From: Candidatus Micrarchaeota archaeon
GTDB lineage: Archaea > Micrarchaeota > Micrarchaeia > Norongarragalinales > Norongarragalinaceae
Direction of reading: 5' to 3'
DNA: 64,000 bases
Assembly: GCA_016212375.1 (NCBI GenBank)
Contig: JACRGH010000044.1
Location: 1,428 to 65,427, forward strand
The translations under genes were made by a program, and so were the position numbers. Shown one piece after another: positions 29,554-40,036 of the stretch; within the stretch, counting starts at the first letter, position 1, and each line of letters starts with the position of its first letter. The notes below the pieces were generated by a model that saw nothing but the letters and a program-made list of their open reading frames with translations, was not told where the DNA came from and ran no database searches.

Positions 29554-30351
29554 ATGAAAGTCAAAGTATTTGCATTGGATGGCAAACAAAACGGTGAAGT
29601 CGACCTGCCGGACCAATTTTCCGAGCCGTACCGGCCCGACCTGATCCGCCGCGCCTACCATGCCTACAAAACACAATTCTACCAGCCCAAAGGCGCCTAC
29701 CCCCTCGCGGGCCTGCAGACCACGGCAGCATATTACGGTCGCCGTCATGCCTGGCGCCAGATGATCAACACGGGCCAGTCCCACTTGCCGCGTGAAAAAA
29801 TCCCCGGCGGCCGCTCCGGACACGTACGCATCGTGCCGCACTCCAACAAAGGTCGCCGCGCGCACCCCCCGAAGCCCTGGAAGATTTTGCGCGAACGCAT
29901 CAACTTAAAGGAAAAATTCAAGGCCATCCGCTCCGCACTCAACGCCAGCTTAGAAAAGATGCTGGTCGAAAAACGCCACCGCTATGCCGGTATCTTACCC
30001 ATCGTAGTCAACGGCTCCTTCGAGGAAGTCAAACGCGTGCAGGATGCCCGAAAAGTCCTGGACGCTCTTGGCTTGGATGCGGACTTACAAAAGGCCCACG
30101 AAGGCCGCAAGATGCGCTCCGGCCGCTCGCGCCTGCGCAAGGGTGGATATTACGAACCCAAAAGCATCCTCATCGTCTACGCCAAAGACAAAGGCTTGCA
30201 AAAAGCGGTCAGAAACTTACCGGGCGTGGACGCCATCGATGTCAAGAACCTCAACGCCGAGTTATTGGCGCCAGGCGGCGATGCCGGACGCTTGATCGTC
30301 TGGACGCAGGATGCCTTGGCTGAAATGAACCAGGAAAAATTATTCGCATAG
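29554..30351 (+). CDS. rpl4: 50S ribosomal protein L4
   Basis: RPDLIRRA, GRRAHPP, LLAPGGDAGRL. Confidence 0.95.
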   Translation: MKVKVFALDGKQNGEVDLPDQFSEPYRPDLIRRAYHAYKTQFYQPKGAYPLAGLQTTAAYYGRRHAWRQMINTGQSHLPREKIPGGRSGHVRIVPHSNKGRRAHPPKPWKILRERINLKEKFKAIRSALNASLEKMLVEKRHRYAGILPIVVNGSFEEVKRVQDARKVLDALGLDADLQKAHEGRKMRSGRSRLRKGGYYEPKSILIVYAKDKGLQKAVRNLPGVDAIDVKNLNAELLAPGGDAGRLIVWTQDALAEMNQEKLFA

Positions 30352-30378
30352 AATTGAAAAAAATCAATTGTGAAAACC

Positions 30379-30627
30379 ATGATTATCAAACACGTCCTGA
30401 CCACTGAAAAAGCCGTTGCCGGCATCGAAAAAGACAACCGGTTGGTCTTCGTCGTCATCAGCTCGGCCACCAAGCCGCAAATCAGGGCGGAATTGGAAAG
30501 TGAATACAAGGAAAAAGTCAAATCCATCCAGACCATCAACAGCATCCGCGGACACAAAAAAGCAATCGTGCTGTTCGCGCGCAAAGGCGCCGCATCGGAA
30601 CTCGCGGGCAAACTCAAAGTCATCTAA
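30379..30627 (+). CDS. rpl23: 50S ribosomal protein L23
   Basis: TEKA, LVFVV..ATK.QI, KKAIV; operon order. Confidence 0.93.
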   Translation: MIIKHVLTTEKAVAGIEKDNRLVFVVISSATKPQIRAELESEYKEKVKSIQTINSIRGHKKAIVLFARKGAASELAGKLKVI

Positions 30628-30637
30628 GTGAAAACAT

Positions 30638-31378
30638 ATGGGCACACGCTTAATCCCACAACGCAGAGGCAAAGGAGGACCGGCCTTCAAATCGCCCAGC
30701 CACCGCTACTACGAGGCCACGCAATACGTCCACATCCCGGGCACCATGCGCGGACAAGTCATCCAAATCCTCACCGACCCTGCACACTCCACCGTCATGG
30801 CGGACATCTTGCTGGAAAATGGCACGACCATGACCTACCTCGCCGCGGAAGGGCTCAAGACGGGCGACCTCATCCAAGTGGGCGCCGATGCGACGCTCAA
30901 CACGGGCAACGTGATGCCGCTTGAAAAAGTGCCGGAAGGCGTATCTGTTTTCAACGTCGAATTGCGTCCAGGCGATGGCGGCCGCGTGTCGCGCGCATCC
31001 GGTTCATCCTCCTTGATTGTAGGACACGACGAGGACACCCACAAAGTCAGTGTTCGTCTCTCGTCCAAGCGCGTGCGCCGGTTATCCCCGCTCTGTTGGG
31101 TCACCATCGGAGTTGCTTCAGGCGGCGGACGGTTGGAAAAACCCCTGCAAAAAGCGGGTAACAGCTTCTACGCCATGAAATCGCGCAACAAATACTGGCC
31201 GGTCGTTCGGGGTACGGCAAAATCCGCATACGATCACCCGCACGGCGGTCGCAGTTTCGGCAAGTCATCGTCGGTTTCACGCAACGCGCCTCCGGGCCAG
31301 AAAGTCGGTCACATCGCCTCCAGCCGCACGGGCCGCCGGCGTGGCCGCGTCGAGCTCAAAGAGGATAAAGGGGACTAA
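30638..31378 (+). CDS. rpl2: 50S ribosomal protein L2
   Basis: QRRGKG, WPVVRG, DHPHGG, PPGQKVG. Confidence 0.96.
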   Translation: MGTRLIPQRRGKGGPAFKSPSHRYYEATQYVHIPGTMRGQVIQILTDPAHSTVMADILLENGTTMTYLAAEGLKTGDLIQVGADATLNTGNVMPLEKVPEGVSVFNVELRPGDGGRVSRASGSSSLIVGHDEDTHKVSVRLSSKRVRRLSPLCWVTIGVASGGGRLEKPLQKAGNSFYAMKSRNKYWPVVRGTAKSAYDHPHGGRSFGKSSSVSRNAPPGQKVGHIASSRTGRRRGRVELKEDKGD

Positions 31379-31380
31379 AA

Positions 31381-31767
31381 ATGGCTAAGATTACGCGCTA
31401 CAAAGGAAAGACCGTCGATGAGCTCAAGGCCATGCCGTTGGAGCAGTTCATCCAGATTTTGCCGTCCAAAGTGCGCCGCACCATGATGCGCAACGGCGTC
31501 CAAACCAAACGCTTCTTAAAATCGTTCCACCGCCGCATGAAGAAAAACAAACCCATCAAGACGCACTTCCGTGAGATGGTTATCATCCCGGAGATGCTGG
31601 GCTTTCGCTTCCAAGTGTACAACGGCAAACAATACATCGATTTTACCGCAGACATCGCCATGATTGGAAACCGCCTGGGTGAATTTTCCAACCCGGTGCA
31701 GATGGTGCGCCACTCCGGTCCGGGTATCGGCGCCACGCGTGGATCGAAGTCCGTCGAACTGAAATAA
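31381..31767 (+). CDS. rps19: 30S ribosomal protein S19
   Basis: KTHFREMVIIPEM, YNGK, PGIGATRGS. Confidence 0.95.
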   Translation: MAKITRYKGKTVDELKAMPLEQFIQILPSKVRRTMMRNGVQTKRFLKSFHRRMKKNKPIKTHFREMVIIPEMLGFRFQVYNGKQYIDFTADIAMIGNRLGEFSNPVQMVRHSGPGIGATRGSKSVELK

Positions 31768-31776
31768 GTGAACAAA

Positions 31777-32454
31777 ATGGGATTGTACAAGTACTCCGTC
31801 AAACACGCCGAAAAAGTCGGCAAGGCCCAAGCGCACGATTTGGATGCGTCCTACAAGGACCTCACCCAGGTCTTGCGCGCCATCACGGGCCTATCGGTTG
31901 AAAAAGCATTTGCCAAATTGGACGCGGCCATCAAAGGTGAGCATGCCATCTTGTACACCCGTTTTAACACTGGTTCGGGCCACCGTTCCGAATTGGGCGG
32001 CAAAAAAGGCCGTTACCCCAAGAAGGAATGCAAGATGGTCTACGCCACGCTCAAAAACGCGGCGGCCAACGCCGTCAACCTCGGATTGGATGAAAAATCG
32101 TTGGTCGTCATGCACGGCTCGGCGAATAAGCAGAACACCTTCCGCCGTTACCGCACCTTCTGGGTGGGTAGCACGACGTTGGGTTATGGCAAGCACGCCA
32201 TGTGGGCTGACTACGTGACGGCTTGGATGCAGATCATCGTGGGCGGCAAACCCGCGGAAAAGAAAGAGGTCAAACCAAAAGCCGCGAAGGAAAAATCCGA
32301 ATCAAAAGAATCCACGGAAAAAACGCCTAAACCCGTTGAAGCCAAAGCAATAACGGACGCTAAAGCGGACGAAAAACCGCCAGCAAAAACCGAATCCAAA
32401 CCGCCGGCGCCCAAGGCCGAAAAAGCCAAAGGCGCGACGACCGCGAGCCAATAG
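31777..32454 (+). CDS. rpl22: 50S ribosomal protein L22 with K/E/P-rich tail
   Basis: GRYPKK, NAAANA; operon order. Confidence 0.93.
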   Translation: MGLYKYSVKHAEKVGKAQAHDLDASYKDLTQVLRAITGLSVEKAFAKLDAAIKGEHAILYTRFNTGSGHRSELGGKKGRYPKKECKMVYATLKNAAANAVNLGLDEKSLVVMHGSANKQNTFRRYRTFWVGSTTLGYGKHAMWADYVTAWMQIIVGGKPAEKKEVKPKAAKEKSESKESTEKTPKPVEAKAITDAKADEKPPAKTESKPPAPKAEKAKGATTASQ

Positions 32455-32472
32455 AATTCAAAGGATGATGCA

Positions 32473-33336
32473 ATGACGATTCAAAGCAAGATGATTCAAA
32501 AAGCGCTGGCGGACCTGACGGTCAAATTGTTCCTGTACAAGGACTTGGCCAAAGCCGGCGTTTCCGACATCCAAATCCAACGCACCCCCATCGCCACCCG
32601 CATTACCGCCCGCGTCCGCAAACCGGGCATGGTCGTCGGCAAAAAAGGCAACACCATCAAGGAAGTGTGCGACGAACTCTCACGCCGCTTCGGCATTGAA
32701 AATCCGCAGTTCGAAGTGGTCGAAGTGACCCAACCGGCATTGGATGCCAAATTGATGGCCGAGAAAATCGGACAACGCATCGAAATGCGCCCCAACATCA
32801 AACCGATCATGCGCATGGCATTGCGCGAAATCATGGAAGCCGGAGCCTTGGGAGCGGAACTCCAAGTCGCCGGTAAGGTCGTTGGAAAAGGCGGAAAAGC
32901 AAAGGCCTTGCGCGTGCGCGACGGCTACTTGCGCAAATCCGGCGAGCCGATGAAACAGGTCCGCAAAGGCCACTACGTGGCATACCTCAAAGCCGGCGCC
33001 ATTGGCGTATCGGTCAAGATTGTCCCGCCCAACGCACACTTCCCGGACACCGTCCACGTGCAAAAGCCATCGGCTGAGACGGATAAGCTGTTCGCGGACC
33101 AAGCGAGCGCACAGATTGCCGCGGACATCGCCACGGACGCTGCCGCGAATGCCGCACCTGCTGAAAGCAATTCTGAATCGTCCGATTCGAAAAAAGCCAC
33201 TCCGGCAAAAAAACGCCCGGTTCGTAAGGCAAAGAAAGCCGACGAACAAAGCGCCACGGTAAAGCAACCAGTAGAAAAAACCGAATCCAAAGCCGAGGCG
33301 CAAAGTGAAAAGCCGGTCGAACCTGCCGCGTCATAA
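32473..33336 (+). CDS. rps3: 30S ribosomal protein S3 with C-terminal extension
   Basis: KH motif KPGMVVGKKG; GAIGVSVKI. Confidence 0.94.
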   Translation: MTIQSKMIQKALADLTVKLFLYKDLAKAGVSDIQIQRTPIATRITARVRKPGMVVGKKGNTIKEVCDELSRRFGIENPQFEVVEVTQPALDAKLMAEKIGQRIEMRPNIKPIMRMALREIMEAGALGAELQVAGKVVGKGGKAKALRVRDGYLRKSGEPMKQVRKGHYVAYLKAGAIGVSVKIVPPNAHFPDTVHVQKPSAETDKLFADQASAQIAADIATDAAANAAPAESNSESSDSKKATPAKKRPVRKAKKADEQSATVKQPVEKTESKAEAQSEKPVEPAAS

Positions 33337-33366
33337 AAATAATGAAAAACGATGTGAACACCCCTG

Positions 33367-33579
33367 ATGGCCATCATCCAAAAAAGCAAACTCAACGACA
33401 TGACCTCCGCCGACATGGAGGCCGAATTACAGAAGGTCCGCTCGGAATACCGCGCGGAAATGGCAGCCTTTGGCTCGTCGGGCAAACCGAAGAACCCCGG
33501 ACGCTACAAGGAGTTGCGCCGCATGGTCGCACGCCTGATTACCAAGATGGCGCAGAAAAACGTTTCAAAGAAAAAATGA
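33367..33579 (+). CDS. rpl29: 50S ribosomal protein L29
   Basis: NPGRYKELRRMVARLIT. Confidence 0.92.
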   Translation: MAIIQKSKLNDMTSADMEAELQKVRSEYRAEMAAFGSSGKPKNPGRYKELRRMVARLITKMAQKNVSKKK

Positions 33580-33713
33580 AAGCGAAAGAAAAGCAACGAT
33601 TGAAAAAATGAAACCACATCCAAACGACGAACAACACAAGAACGCCAATAATAAAGATTATTAAACAACCAATTCAGAATAAAGCTCTCGCGAAAGCGAA
33701 GGATTTATCAAAA

Positions 33714-34016
33714 ATGTCAGAAATTTGTTCCACGTGCGGCCTGCCCAAAGAGATTTGTGCATGCCAAACCATTGAAAAAGAAACCACAACGAAATTGAAG
33801 GTGTACACCACCAAGAAACGGTTCAACAAGCTGGTCACCTTGGTTGAAGGGTTGACGGGCGGGGAGTTGGATACGGCGGCCAAAGAGCTGAAACGCAAAT
33901 TGGCCTGCGGGGGTTCCGTCAAGGACGGCATCATCGTGCTGCAAGGCGATCATCTTCAAAAGACCATCGAATATTTGGTCAAGTTGGGGTATCCCAGAGA
34001 GATTATCAAGACGTGA
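33714..34016 (+). CDS. sui1: Translation initiation factor aIF1/SUI1
   Basis: ICSTCGLPKEIC, LKRKLACGG, LQGDH. Confidence 0.95.
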   Translation: MSEICSTCGLPKEICACQTIEKETTTKLKVYTTKKRFNKLVTLVEGLTGGELDTAAKELKRKLACGGSVKDGIIVLQGDHLQKTIEYLVKLGYPREIIKT

Positions 34017-34288
34017 AAAACACGCCCGTGCCATCCGCGCGCCAAAAGCGGGACATGCTACAACATGAATTCATCGGTTGCGATGTTTGCGTGTTGGAGA
34101 TATCCGGCAAAGCCGTACGGAATTTGCAGGGCGCGGTGTTGGACGAAACCAAGTCCACGTTTTTGGTCCAGACCCGACGCGGTCAGAAGCGTGTTCCTAA
34201 AAAAGGGGCCCGTTTTTCATTCGCGTTCGGCGTGGTGGACGGAAACGACATCTTGTGCGCTCCATCTGAGCGGCTCAAGCGTCTGTAA
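34013..34288 (+). CDS. rnp1: RNase P protein subunit Rpp29
   Basis: HEFIG, G.VLDETK, VPKKG..F, P.ERLK; conserved position. Confidence 0.88.
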   Translation: MKNTPVPSARQKRDMLQHEFIGCDVCVLEISGKAVRNLQGAVLDETKSTFLVQTRRGQKRVPKKGARFSFAFGVVDGNDILCAPSERLKRL

Positions 34289-34317
34289 CCGGTAAAAACG
34301 AAAAGGTAAGAAACAAC

Positions 34318-34605
34318 ATGGCCGAAACCAAATCCAAAAAAGAACATCAACCGCTCCGCGTACGCGGTGCCATTGTCGAGGGCACCGTGGTCAGCACGCG
34401 CCCCAAGAAAACCGCCATCATCCAGATTGCCTACGTCAAGAAAGTGCCGAAGTACGAACGCCTGGAAAAACGCCGCTCACGCCTGGCCATCCACGTGCCG
34501 GACGGCATGACCGTACAGGTGGGACAGAAAGTCCGCGCCGGTGAGACGCGCAAAATCAGCAAGACAAAATCATTCGTTTTAATGGAAGTTTTGGGTGCTA
34601 ACTAA
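34318..34605 (+). CDS. rps17: 30S ribosomal protein S17
   Basis: KYERLEKRRS, GETRKISKTKSF. Confidence 0.95.
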   Translation: MAETKSKKEHQPLRVRGAIVEGTVVSTRPKKTAIIQIAYVKKVPKYERLEKRRSRLAIHVPDGMTVQVGQKVRAGETRKISKTKSFVLMEVLGAN

Positions 34606-34607
34606 GA

Positions 34608-35003
34608 ATGCTCGGTTTAACTGCAACACCCACCAAATCCCTGACCATTGGAACGACCTTGCTCTGCGATGATAATTCTGGGGCCAAAATGGTCGCCATC
34701 ATCGGCGTAAAAGGCTACCGCGCCCGCCTGCGCGCGTACCCCAAAGCCGGCATAGGCGACATCGTCATCGTGGCCGTCAAGAAAGGAAAGCCGGACATGG
34801 TCAAGAAAAAGGAAAAAGCGGTCATCATCCGCCAATGCAAGGAGTTCCGCCGAGGTTCCCGCCGCGTCAAATTCGAGGACAACGCCTGCGTCCTGATTGA
34901 TGACGCCGGATTACCGAAGGGTACGGAAATCAAAGGCTGCGTCGCCCGTGAAATCGCCGAACGCTACCCCAAAGTAGTGGGCATCGCGTCTAGCGTCGTT
35001 TAA
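34608..35003 (+). CDS. rpl14: 50S ribosomal protein L14
   Basis: DNSGAK, VKFEDNA, KGTEIKG. Confidence 0.96.
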   Translation: MLGLTATPTKSLTIGTTLLCDDNSGAKMVAIIGVKGYRARLRAYPKAGIGDIVIVAVKKGKPDMVKKKEKAVIIRQCKEFRRGSRRVKFEDNACVLIDDAGLPKGTEIKGCVAREIAERYPKVVGIASSVV

Positions 35004-35031
35004 GAAATAATGAGTTGAGTGCATTCCACAC

Positions 35032-35364
35032 ATGGTCAAAAGCTCCCTCCCCCGCAAACAACGCCTCGCACGCTACAACGCGCCGCTGCACGTCCGCCAA
35101 AAACAGGTCGCCGCGCATTTGAGCAAGGAGTTGCGCACGGCACACAAGAAACGCTCGATGCCCCTCCACAAGGGCGACACGGTCAAGGTCATGACGGGAA
35201 AATACCGCGGACTGTCCGGAAAAGTCATCGATGTGAGCCTGACACGCCGCATCGTGGCCATCGAGGGCGTCAACGTCAAGAAGCAATCCGGAAAGGAAAT
35301 CCCGGCGAACCTGGATCCCTCCAACGTGATGATTACAGTCTTGTCCGAACGCAAGAAATCATAG
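35032..35364 (+). CDS. rpl24: 50S ribosomal protein L24
   Basis: PRKQR..YNAPLH, KGDTVKVMTG. Confidence 0.95.
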   Translation: MVKSSLPRKQRLARYNAPLHVRQKQVAAHLSKELRTAHKKRSMPLHKGDTVKVMTGKYRGLSGKVIDVSLTRRIVAIEGVNVKKQSGKEIPANLDPSNVMITVLSERKKS

Positions 35365-35396
35365 GAAAAATGATTCGAAAAAACAGCAAAAAAAAA

Positions 35397-35418
35397 CATT
35401 ACTGAAAAGCGCAAGGAA
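35397..35418 (+). repeat. Dispersed intergenic motif CA(T/C)TACCGAAAAGCGCAAGGAA (one of six copies)
   Basis: Near-identical copies at 35397, 36945, 37460, 40084, 57028 and 57609, all inside A-rich spacers. Confidence 0.75.
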
Positions 35419-35513
35419 GAAAAATCCAAAAAAAAGCAAAAATCAAAGAAAATACAAATCAAACCCCGACAAAAAAAAATCACATTGAAACGAAAACTTG
35501 AGGAAAACTGAAA

Positions 35514-36227
35514 ATGGCATCCCACGGTTCATCCAAACACCAAAAACGCATGGCCGCACCCAAATCATCGCCCATCGCCCGCAAAGTCCACGTCTGGCTG
35601 CAAAAACCCAACCCGGGCCCGCATGCCAAGGAACACGCCATGGCATTGGGCACGATGCTGGTCGAGCGCTTACACATCTGCGAAACGCAACGGTTGGCCA
35701 AGAAATTGGTAACGCAGGGAAAAGTGTTGGTGGACGGCCGCAAGGTGGCAAGCGTCAAATTCCCGCTGGGATTGATGGACATCATCTCCATTCCGGCGCT
35801 CAAAAAACAGTTCATGATCATCATCCAATCCGGCGAGCTTCACGCAATTGAAATTTCCGAAAAAACGGCAGCCACCAAACTGTGCCGCATCATGGACAAG
35901 ACCGTCCTTGACGGCGGACGCATCCAACTGCACCTGCACGACGGGCGCAACATCATCATCGTGCGCGAGGAAGACCGCTTCAAGACCGGCGACACGCTCA
36001 AATTGTCAATCCCCAAGCAGACCGTGCAAGGGTTCCTGAAAATGGAAAAAGGCGCCATTTGCTACATCCACCAAGGCCGCCACTCCGGACAAACGGCCAA
36101 ATTGGACCAAATCGTGGACCGGGAAGGCTCACGCCGGGCTGAGGCCGCATTGACCTCCGACGGCCATAGCCTCATCACACTGAAAGATTACCTGTTCGTG
36201 GTCGAACAAGGATTTGCAGTAAAATAG
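35514..36227 (+). CDS. rps4e: 30S ribosomal protein S4e
   Basis: HQKRMAAP, PNPGPH, LHDGRN. Confidence 0.95.
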   Translation: MASHGSSKHQKRMAAPKSSPIARKVHVWLQKPNPGPHAKEHAMALGTMLVERLHICETQRLAKKLVTQGKVLVDGRKVASVKFPLGLMDIISIPALKKQFMIIIQSGELHAIEISEKTAATKLCRIMDKTVLDGGRIQLHLHDGRNIIIVREEDRFKTGDTLKLSIPKQTVQGFLKMEKGAICYIHQGRHSGQTAKLDQIVDREGSRRAEAALTSDGHSLITLKDYLFVVEQGFAVK

Positions 36228-36745
36228 TGATCACCAACATGACGGATATGAACCAAGTGGTATTGGAAAAAGTGACGGTCAACATCGGCGTAGGCCAAGG
36301 GGGACAACCCTTGGAAAACGCCAAGAAACTGTTGGAACAGCTGACCGGAGCCAAGGCCATCCACACGCTTTCGCGCACGCGCAACCCGACGTTCAACCTC
36401 AAAAAGGGCGAGCCCATCGGCGTCAAAGTGACGCTTCGGGGCACGCCAGCCATTGAATTTGTAAAAAAAGCGCTGGTCGCACGGGAGAATAAGATTCTGT
36501 CCCGTAATTTTGACCGCACGGGCAACGTGGCGTTCGGCGTGCCGGAATACATCGACTTTCCGGGCATGAAATACATCCCCGAAATCGGCATCCTGGGATT
36601 CGACGTCTGCCTCACCCTCCAAAAACCCGGCGCACGCATCAAACGCCGCAAAGTCGCCCCCCGCTCGTTGCCGCAGAAACAGCGCGTGAACCAGGCCGAA
36701 GCGGAAGCATACATGAAGAAAACATTTGCCGTGAACGTGGTCTGA
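36227..36745 (+). CDS. rpl5: 50S ribosomal protein L5
   Basis: [26 protein letters not shown]. Confidence 0.95.
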   Translation: MITNMTDMNQVVLEKVTVNIGVGQGGQPLENAKKLLEQLTGAKAIHTLSRTRNPTFNLKKGEPIGVKVTLRGTPAIEFVKKALVARENKILSRNFDRTGNVAFGVPEYIDFPGMKYIPEIGILGFDVCLTLQKPGARIKRRKVAPRSLPQKQRVNQAEAEAYMKKTFAVNVV

Positions 36746-36750
36746 AACCT

Positions 36751-36906
36751 ATGATGAAGCTTGAAACCAAATTCAAAAAACGCGCATTCCGTCGCTGCCG
36801 CTTCTGCGGAGGAACCCGTGGCTTGATCCAAAAATACGGATTGTACGTCTGCCGCAAGTGTTTCCGCGAAAAGGCGGAAGACATCGGATTCAAAAAATAT
36901 TCATAG
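36751..36906 (+). CDS. rps14: 30S ribosomal protein S14 (Zn-binding)
   Basis: Hand translation: [33 protein letters not shown] (51 aa, below the ORF track cutoff). Confidence 0.93.
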   Translation: MMKLETKFKKRAFRRCRFCGGTRGLIQKYGLYVCRKCFREKAEDIGFKKYS

Positions 36907-37040
36907 GACGAACCTAAGGAAAAATGGAGCAACTCAAAAAAAACCATTATCGAATGCGCAAGGAAAAAGAGAACGCAATAAAAAAATATTCCAAGCAATC
37001 TGAAACAACAATCAACTGAAATGAACGAGACTGAAAAACC

Positions 37041-37424
37041 ATGGACACGCTTGCCAACGCACTCAACAGCATGAAAGTCGCCGAAACCAAGGGCCGCAGC
37101 TCCTCCAGGGTCAAGCCCACATCGCGGCTGATCAAGGAAGTATTGCAGGTATTGCAGGACAACGGCTACATCACGGGTTGCGAATACCAGACGGATGCAC
37201 AAGGCGGCTTTTTCACGGTCACGCTCAACGGCAAGATCAATGACTGCGGCACCATCAAACCCCGCTTTTCCGTCACGGCATTGACATGGGAAAAATTCGA
37301 ACAACGCTTCCTGCCATCCAAGGACACCGGCATCCTGATCGTCTCGACCCCGCAGGGCGTGATGACGCATTTGCAGGCCAAAGAAAAGAAGACGGGCGGA
37401 CGGCTCATCGCGTACACATATTAG
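37041..37424 (+). CDS. rps8: 30S ribosomal protein S8
   Basis: DTLANAL, IKPRF, STPQGVMTH, GGRLIAY. Confidence 0.95.
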   Translation: MDTLANALNSMKVAETKGRSSSRVKPTSRLIKEVLQVLQDNGYITGCEYQTDAQGGFFTVTLNGKINDCGTIKPRFSVTALTWEKFEQRFLPSKDTGILIVSTPQGVMTHLQAKEKKTGGRLIAYTY

Positions 37425-37569
37425 AGGGAAAAACCCGAAAAGAAAACAACACGGAAAAGCATTACCGAAAAGCGCAATGGAAAAAAATCAATTGAAATAA
37501 AAAAAAACGAAACACAAAACAATTGAAAAAAAACAAACGTAAACAAAAACGCAATTCAAGATTCAACAC

Positions 37570-38082
37570 GTGAAACACATGCAACTTCCCCAAGGCGTCA
37601 GCATTTCATTGGAACCCGGACTCATCAAAGTCAGTGGCCCGAAAGGCGAGGTCCAGAAGAAATTCGACGTCAAGACCATCGGCGTCAAAGTCGACGGAAC
37701 GGAAGTGACGGTTAGCACGGTGGGCAAAAAACTCACCAAACCGCTCAAAGCCGCATTGGGCGCGGTCGAATCACACATCCGCAACATGGTCCACGGCGTG
37801 CAGCACGGTTACGACGTCAAATTGGCGTTGGTCTACTCGCATTTCCCCGTCACCGTCGAGAGCAAAGGCGAAACGGTATTGATAAAGAACTTCCTGGGCG
37901 AAAAAACGCCACGCGTGGTCAAGGTCAAAGGGAAAGTCAAAGTAAGCATCGCCGGACAGGAAATCACCGTCTCCGGCATCAACAAGGAAGAAGTGGGCCA
38001 AGTCGCATCCAGCCTCATCGAGGCCACGGATGTCGGCCACCGCGACGAGCGGGTCTTCCAAGACGGAATTTATTACGCATAG
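37570..38082 (+). CDS. rpl6: 50S ribosomal protein L6
   Basis: YSHFP, NFLGEK, DERVFQDGIY. Confidence 0.95.
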   Translation: MKHMQLPQGVSISLEPGLIKVSGPKGEVQKKFDVKTIGVKVDGTEVTVSTVGKKLTKPLKAALGAVESHIRNMVHGVQHGYDVKLALVYSHFPVTVESKGETVLIKNFLGEKTPRVVKVKGKVKVSIAGQEITVSGINKEEVGQVASSLIEATDVGHRDERVFQDGIYYA

Positions 38083-38096
38083 AATTGTGATACGAT

Positions 38097-38429
38097 ATGG
38101 CACCGCATCCCAAAACCCCCAATTTCGTCCGCGCCAACAGCTACAAACGCCGCGTGTCGCGCACCGGTTGGCGCAAGCCCCGCGGCATCGACAGCAAGCA
38201 GCGCATCATGTGGAAGTCCACGCCGAACATGCCGAAAATCGGTTACGGCACGGCCAAAGCCACGCGCCATTTCCACCCCTCAGGCAAGGCGGAAGTATTG
38301 GTCCATAATGAAAAGGAACTGGCCGGCGTCAAAAACGCGGTCGTCCGCTTTTCCGGATCCATGGGCCGCAAAAAATATCTGGTCTTGAAGAAAAAGGCGC
38401 ACGATATGAAACTCAAGGTGCTTAACTGA
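38097..38429 (+). CDS. rpl32e: 50S ribosomal protein L32e
   Basis: WRKPRGIDSKQR, IGYG, HPSG. Confidence 0.95.
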   Translation: MAPHPKTPNFVRANSYKRRVSRTGWRKPRGIDSKQRIMWKSTPNMPKIGYGTAKATRHFHPSGKAEVLVHNEKELAGVKNAVVRFSGSMGRKKYLVLKKKAHDMKLKVLN

Positions 38430-38430
38430 T

Positions 38431-38865
38431 ATGTCCATGCAAACCGTCCGCAGATTGGCCGCCCGCATCCTGGGCATCGGCCAGAGCCGCGTCCGCATAA
38501 TGGATGAGGAAAAAGCATCCAAAGCCATCACCGCGGACGACGTCCGGGAACTCATGGGGGAGGGCGCCGTCGTAATCCTGGATGAAAAATTCGCAAGCAC
38601 CGCCAAGGCGCGTAAAAAAACGGCCAGCAAATCGGCCGGACGCCGCCGCGGACCGGGTAGCCAAAAAGGCAGCAAGTTCGCCGGATTGAGCCGCAAGGAC
38701 CGCTGGATGCAGCAAGTCCGCGCGCAACGCAATTATTTGGCAGCCAACAAGGTCCGCCTCAAAGAAGGCACCTATCCGAAAGTATACAAGATGATCAAAG
38801 GCAACGCATTCAAAAGCCGAAAGAATCTGATGACGTATCTGGACGAAAACCAGATGTGGGCGTAA
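38431..38865 (+). CDS. rpl19e: 50S ribosomal protein L19e
   Basis: RRLAARIL, GRRRGPGSQKG, KGNAF. Confidence 0.94.
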   Translation: MSMQTVRRLAARILGIGQSRVRIMDEEKASKAITADDVRELMGEGAVVILDEKFASTAKARKKTASKSAGRRRGPGSQKGSKFAGLSRKDRWMQQVRAQRNYLAANKVRLKEGTYPKVYKMIKGNAFKSRKNLMTYLDENQMWA

Positions 38866-38870
38866 ATATT

Positions 38871-39380
38871 ATGACTCAAGCTACAGGACCTTTATTCCAA
38901 GTGCATTTCCGCCGTCGCCGCGAAGGCCGCACCGACTACCAGAAACGGTTGTCCCTGCTGAAAAGCCACAAGCCGCGCCTGGTGGTCCGCAAGACCTTAC
39001 GCAGCGTCATCGCGCAAGTGGTCCAGTTCTCTGAAAAAGGCGACTTGGTCTTGGCGCGTGCCGATTCCAAGGAATTGACCGAATTCGGATTCGCAGGAAA
39101 ACGCAACACGCACTCCGCATACCTGACCGGCTTGTTGGTCGGCAAAAAAGCGGCCATGGCGGGCGTGAAGGACTTCGTGCTGGACATCGGCTTGTATGCG
39201 CCGACCAAAGGCAACCTGTTGTTCGCCTGCTGCAAAGGCGCCGTGGACGCCGGCCTTAACACGGCATTTTCCATCGAATCATTCCCGTCCGAAGCCCGCA
39301 TGCACGGCGAACACGTCAAAGCAAAAGACGCCGTCCTCTTAGCAAAGCAAAAAATCCTCAAAGCGGTGATGACCTCATGA
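38871..39380 (+). CDS. rpl18: 50S ribosomal protein L18
   Basis: RRRREGRTDY, RLVVRKT, AYLTG. Confidence 0.95.
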   Translation: MTQATGPLFQVHFRRRREGRTDYQKRLSLLKSHKPRLVVRKTLRSVIAQVVQFSEKGDLVLARADSKELTEFGFAGKRNTHSAYLTGLLVGKKAAMAGVKDFVLDIGLYAPTKGNLLFACCKGAVDAGLNTAFSIESFPSEARMHGEHVKAKDAVLLAKQKILKAVMTS

Positions 39381-40036
39381 AGTTCAAAAAAGACCGCTTC
39401 ACATCCCAACGCGACACCGGGGCCCTGCAAAAATGGGTGCCGAAGACCGCGCTTGGAAAAAAAGTCCAAACAGGAGAAATCAAGACGTACGAGGAATTGT
39501 TGGCGACGCAACGGCCCATCTTGGAGCCGGAAATCATCGACACGCTGCTTCCTGATTTGGCCGACGAAGTGTTGGAAATACGCAGCACCCAGCGCATGAC
39601 GGCCTATGGCCGCAAACAACAGATGCGCGCCGTGGTCTTGGTGGGTAACCGCAAGGGCGTCATCGCCGTCGGAATCGGAAAGGGCACGGAAGTGCGCGAC
39701 GCCATTGCCGAAGGCGTCAAGAATGCCAAGAAAAACCTGGTCACCGTCCCGTTCGGTTCCGGTTCCTGGGAAGACTTGTCCGGATTCGCCAATTCATTGC
39801 CGCGCATGGTCAGCGGAAAATCCGGCTCGACGCAGATTTCCATCCGCCCGGCACCCCGCGGCGTCGGCATCGTGGCCGGCAAAGTCGCCAAGAAAGTGCT
39901 GGAAATGGCAGGACTCAAGGACGCCTGGACGTTCACCAAAGGCCGCACCCGCAACGTCTTGAACGTGGCACAGGCTTGCATCGTCGCATTGGACACGCTG
40001 AACCATCTGAAAACCGGAACGGGTGTCAAGGCGTAA
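39377..40036 (+). CDS. rps5: 30S ribosomal protein S5
   Basis: WVPKTALG, PAPRGVG, MAGLKD. Confidence 0.95.
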   Translation: MKFKKDRFTSQRDTGALQKWVPKTALGKKVQTGEIKTYEELLATQRPILEPEIIDTLLPDLADEVLEIRSTQRMTAYGRKQQMRAVVLVGNRKGVIAVGIGKGTEVRDAIAEGVKNAKKNLVTVPFGSGSWEDLSGFANSLPRMVSGKSGSTQISIRPAPRGVGIVAGKVAKKVLEMAGLKDAWTFTKGRTRNVLNVAQACIVALDTLNHLKTGTGVKA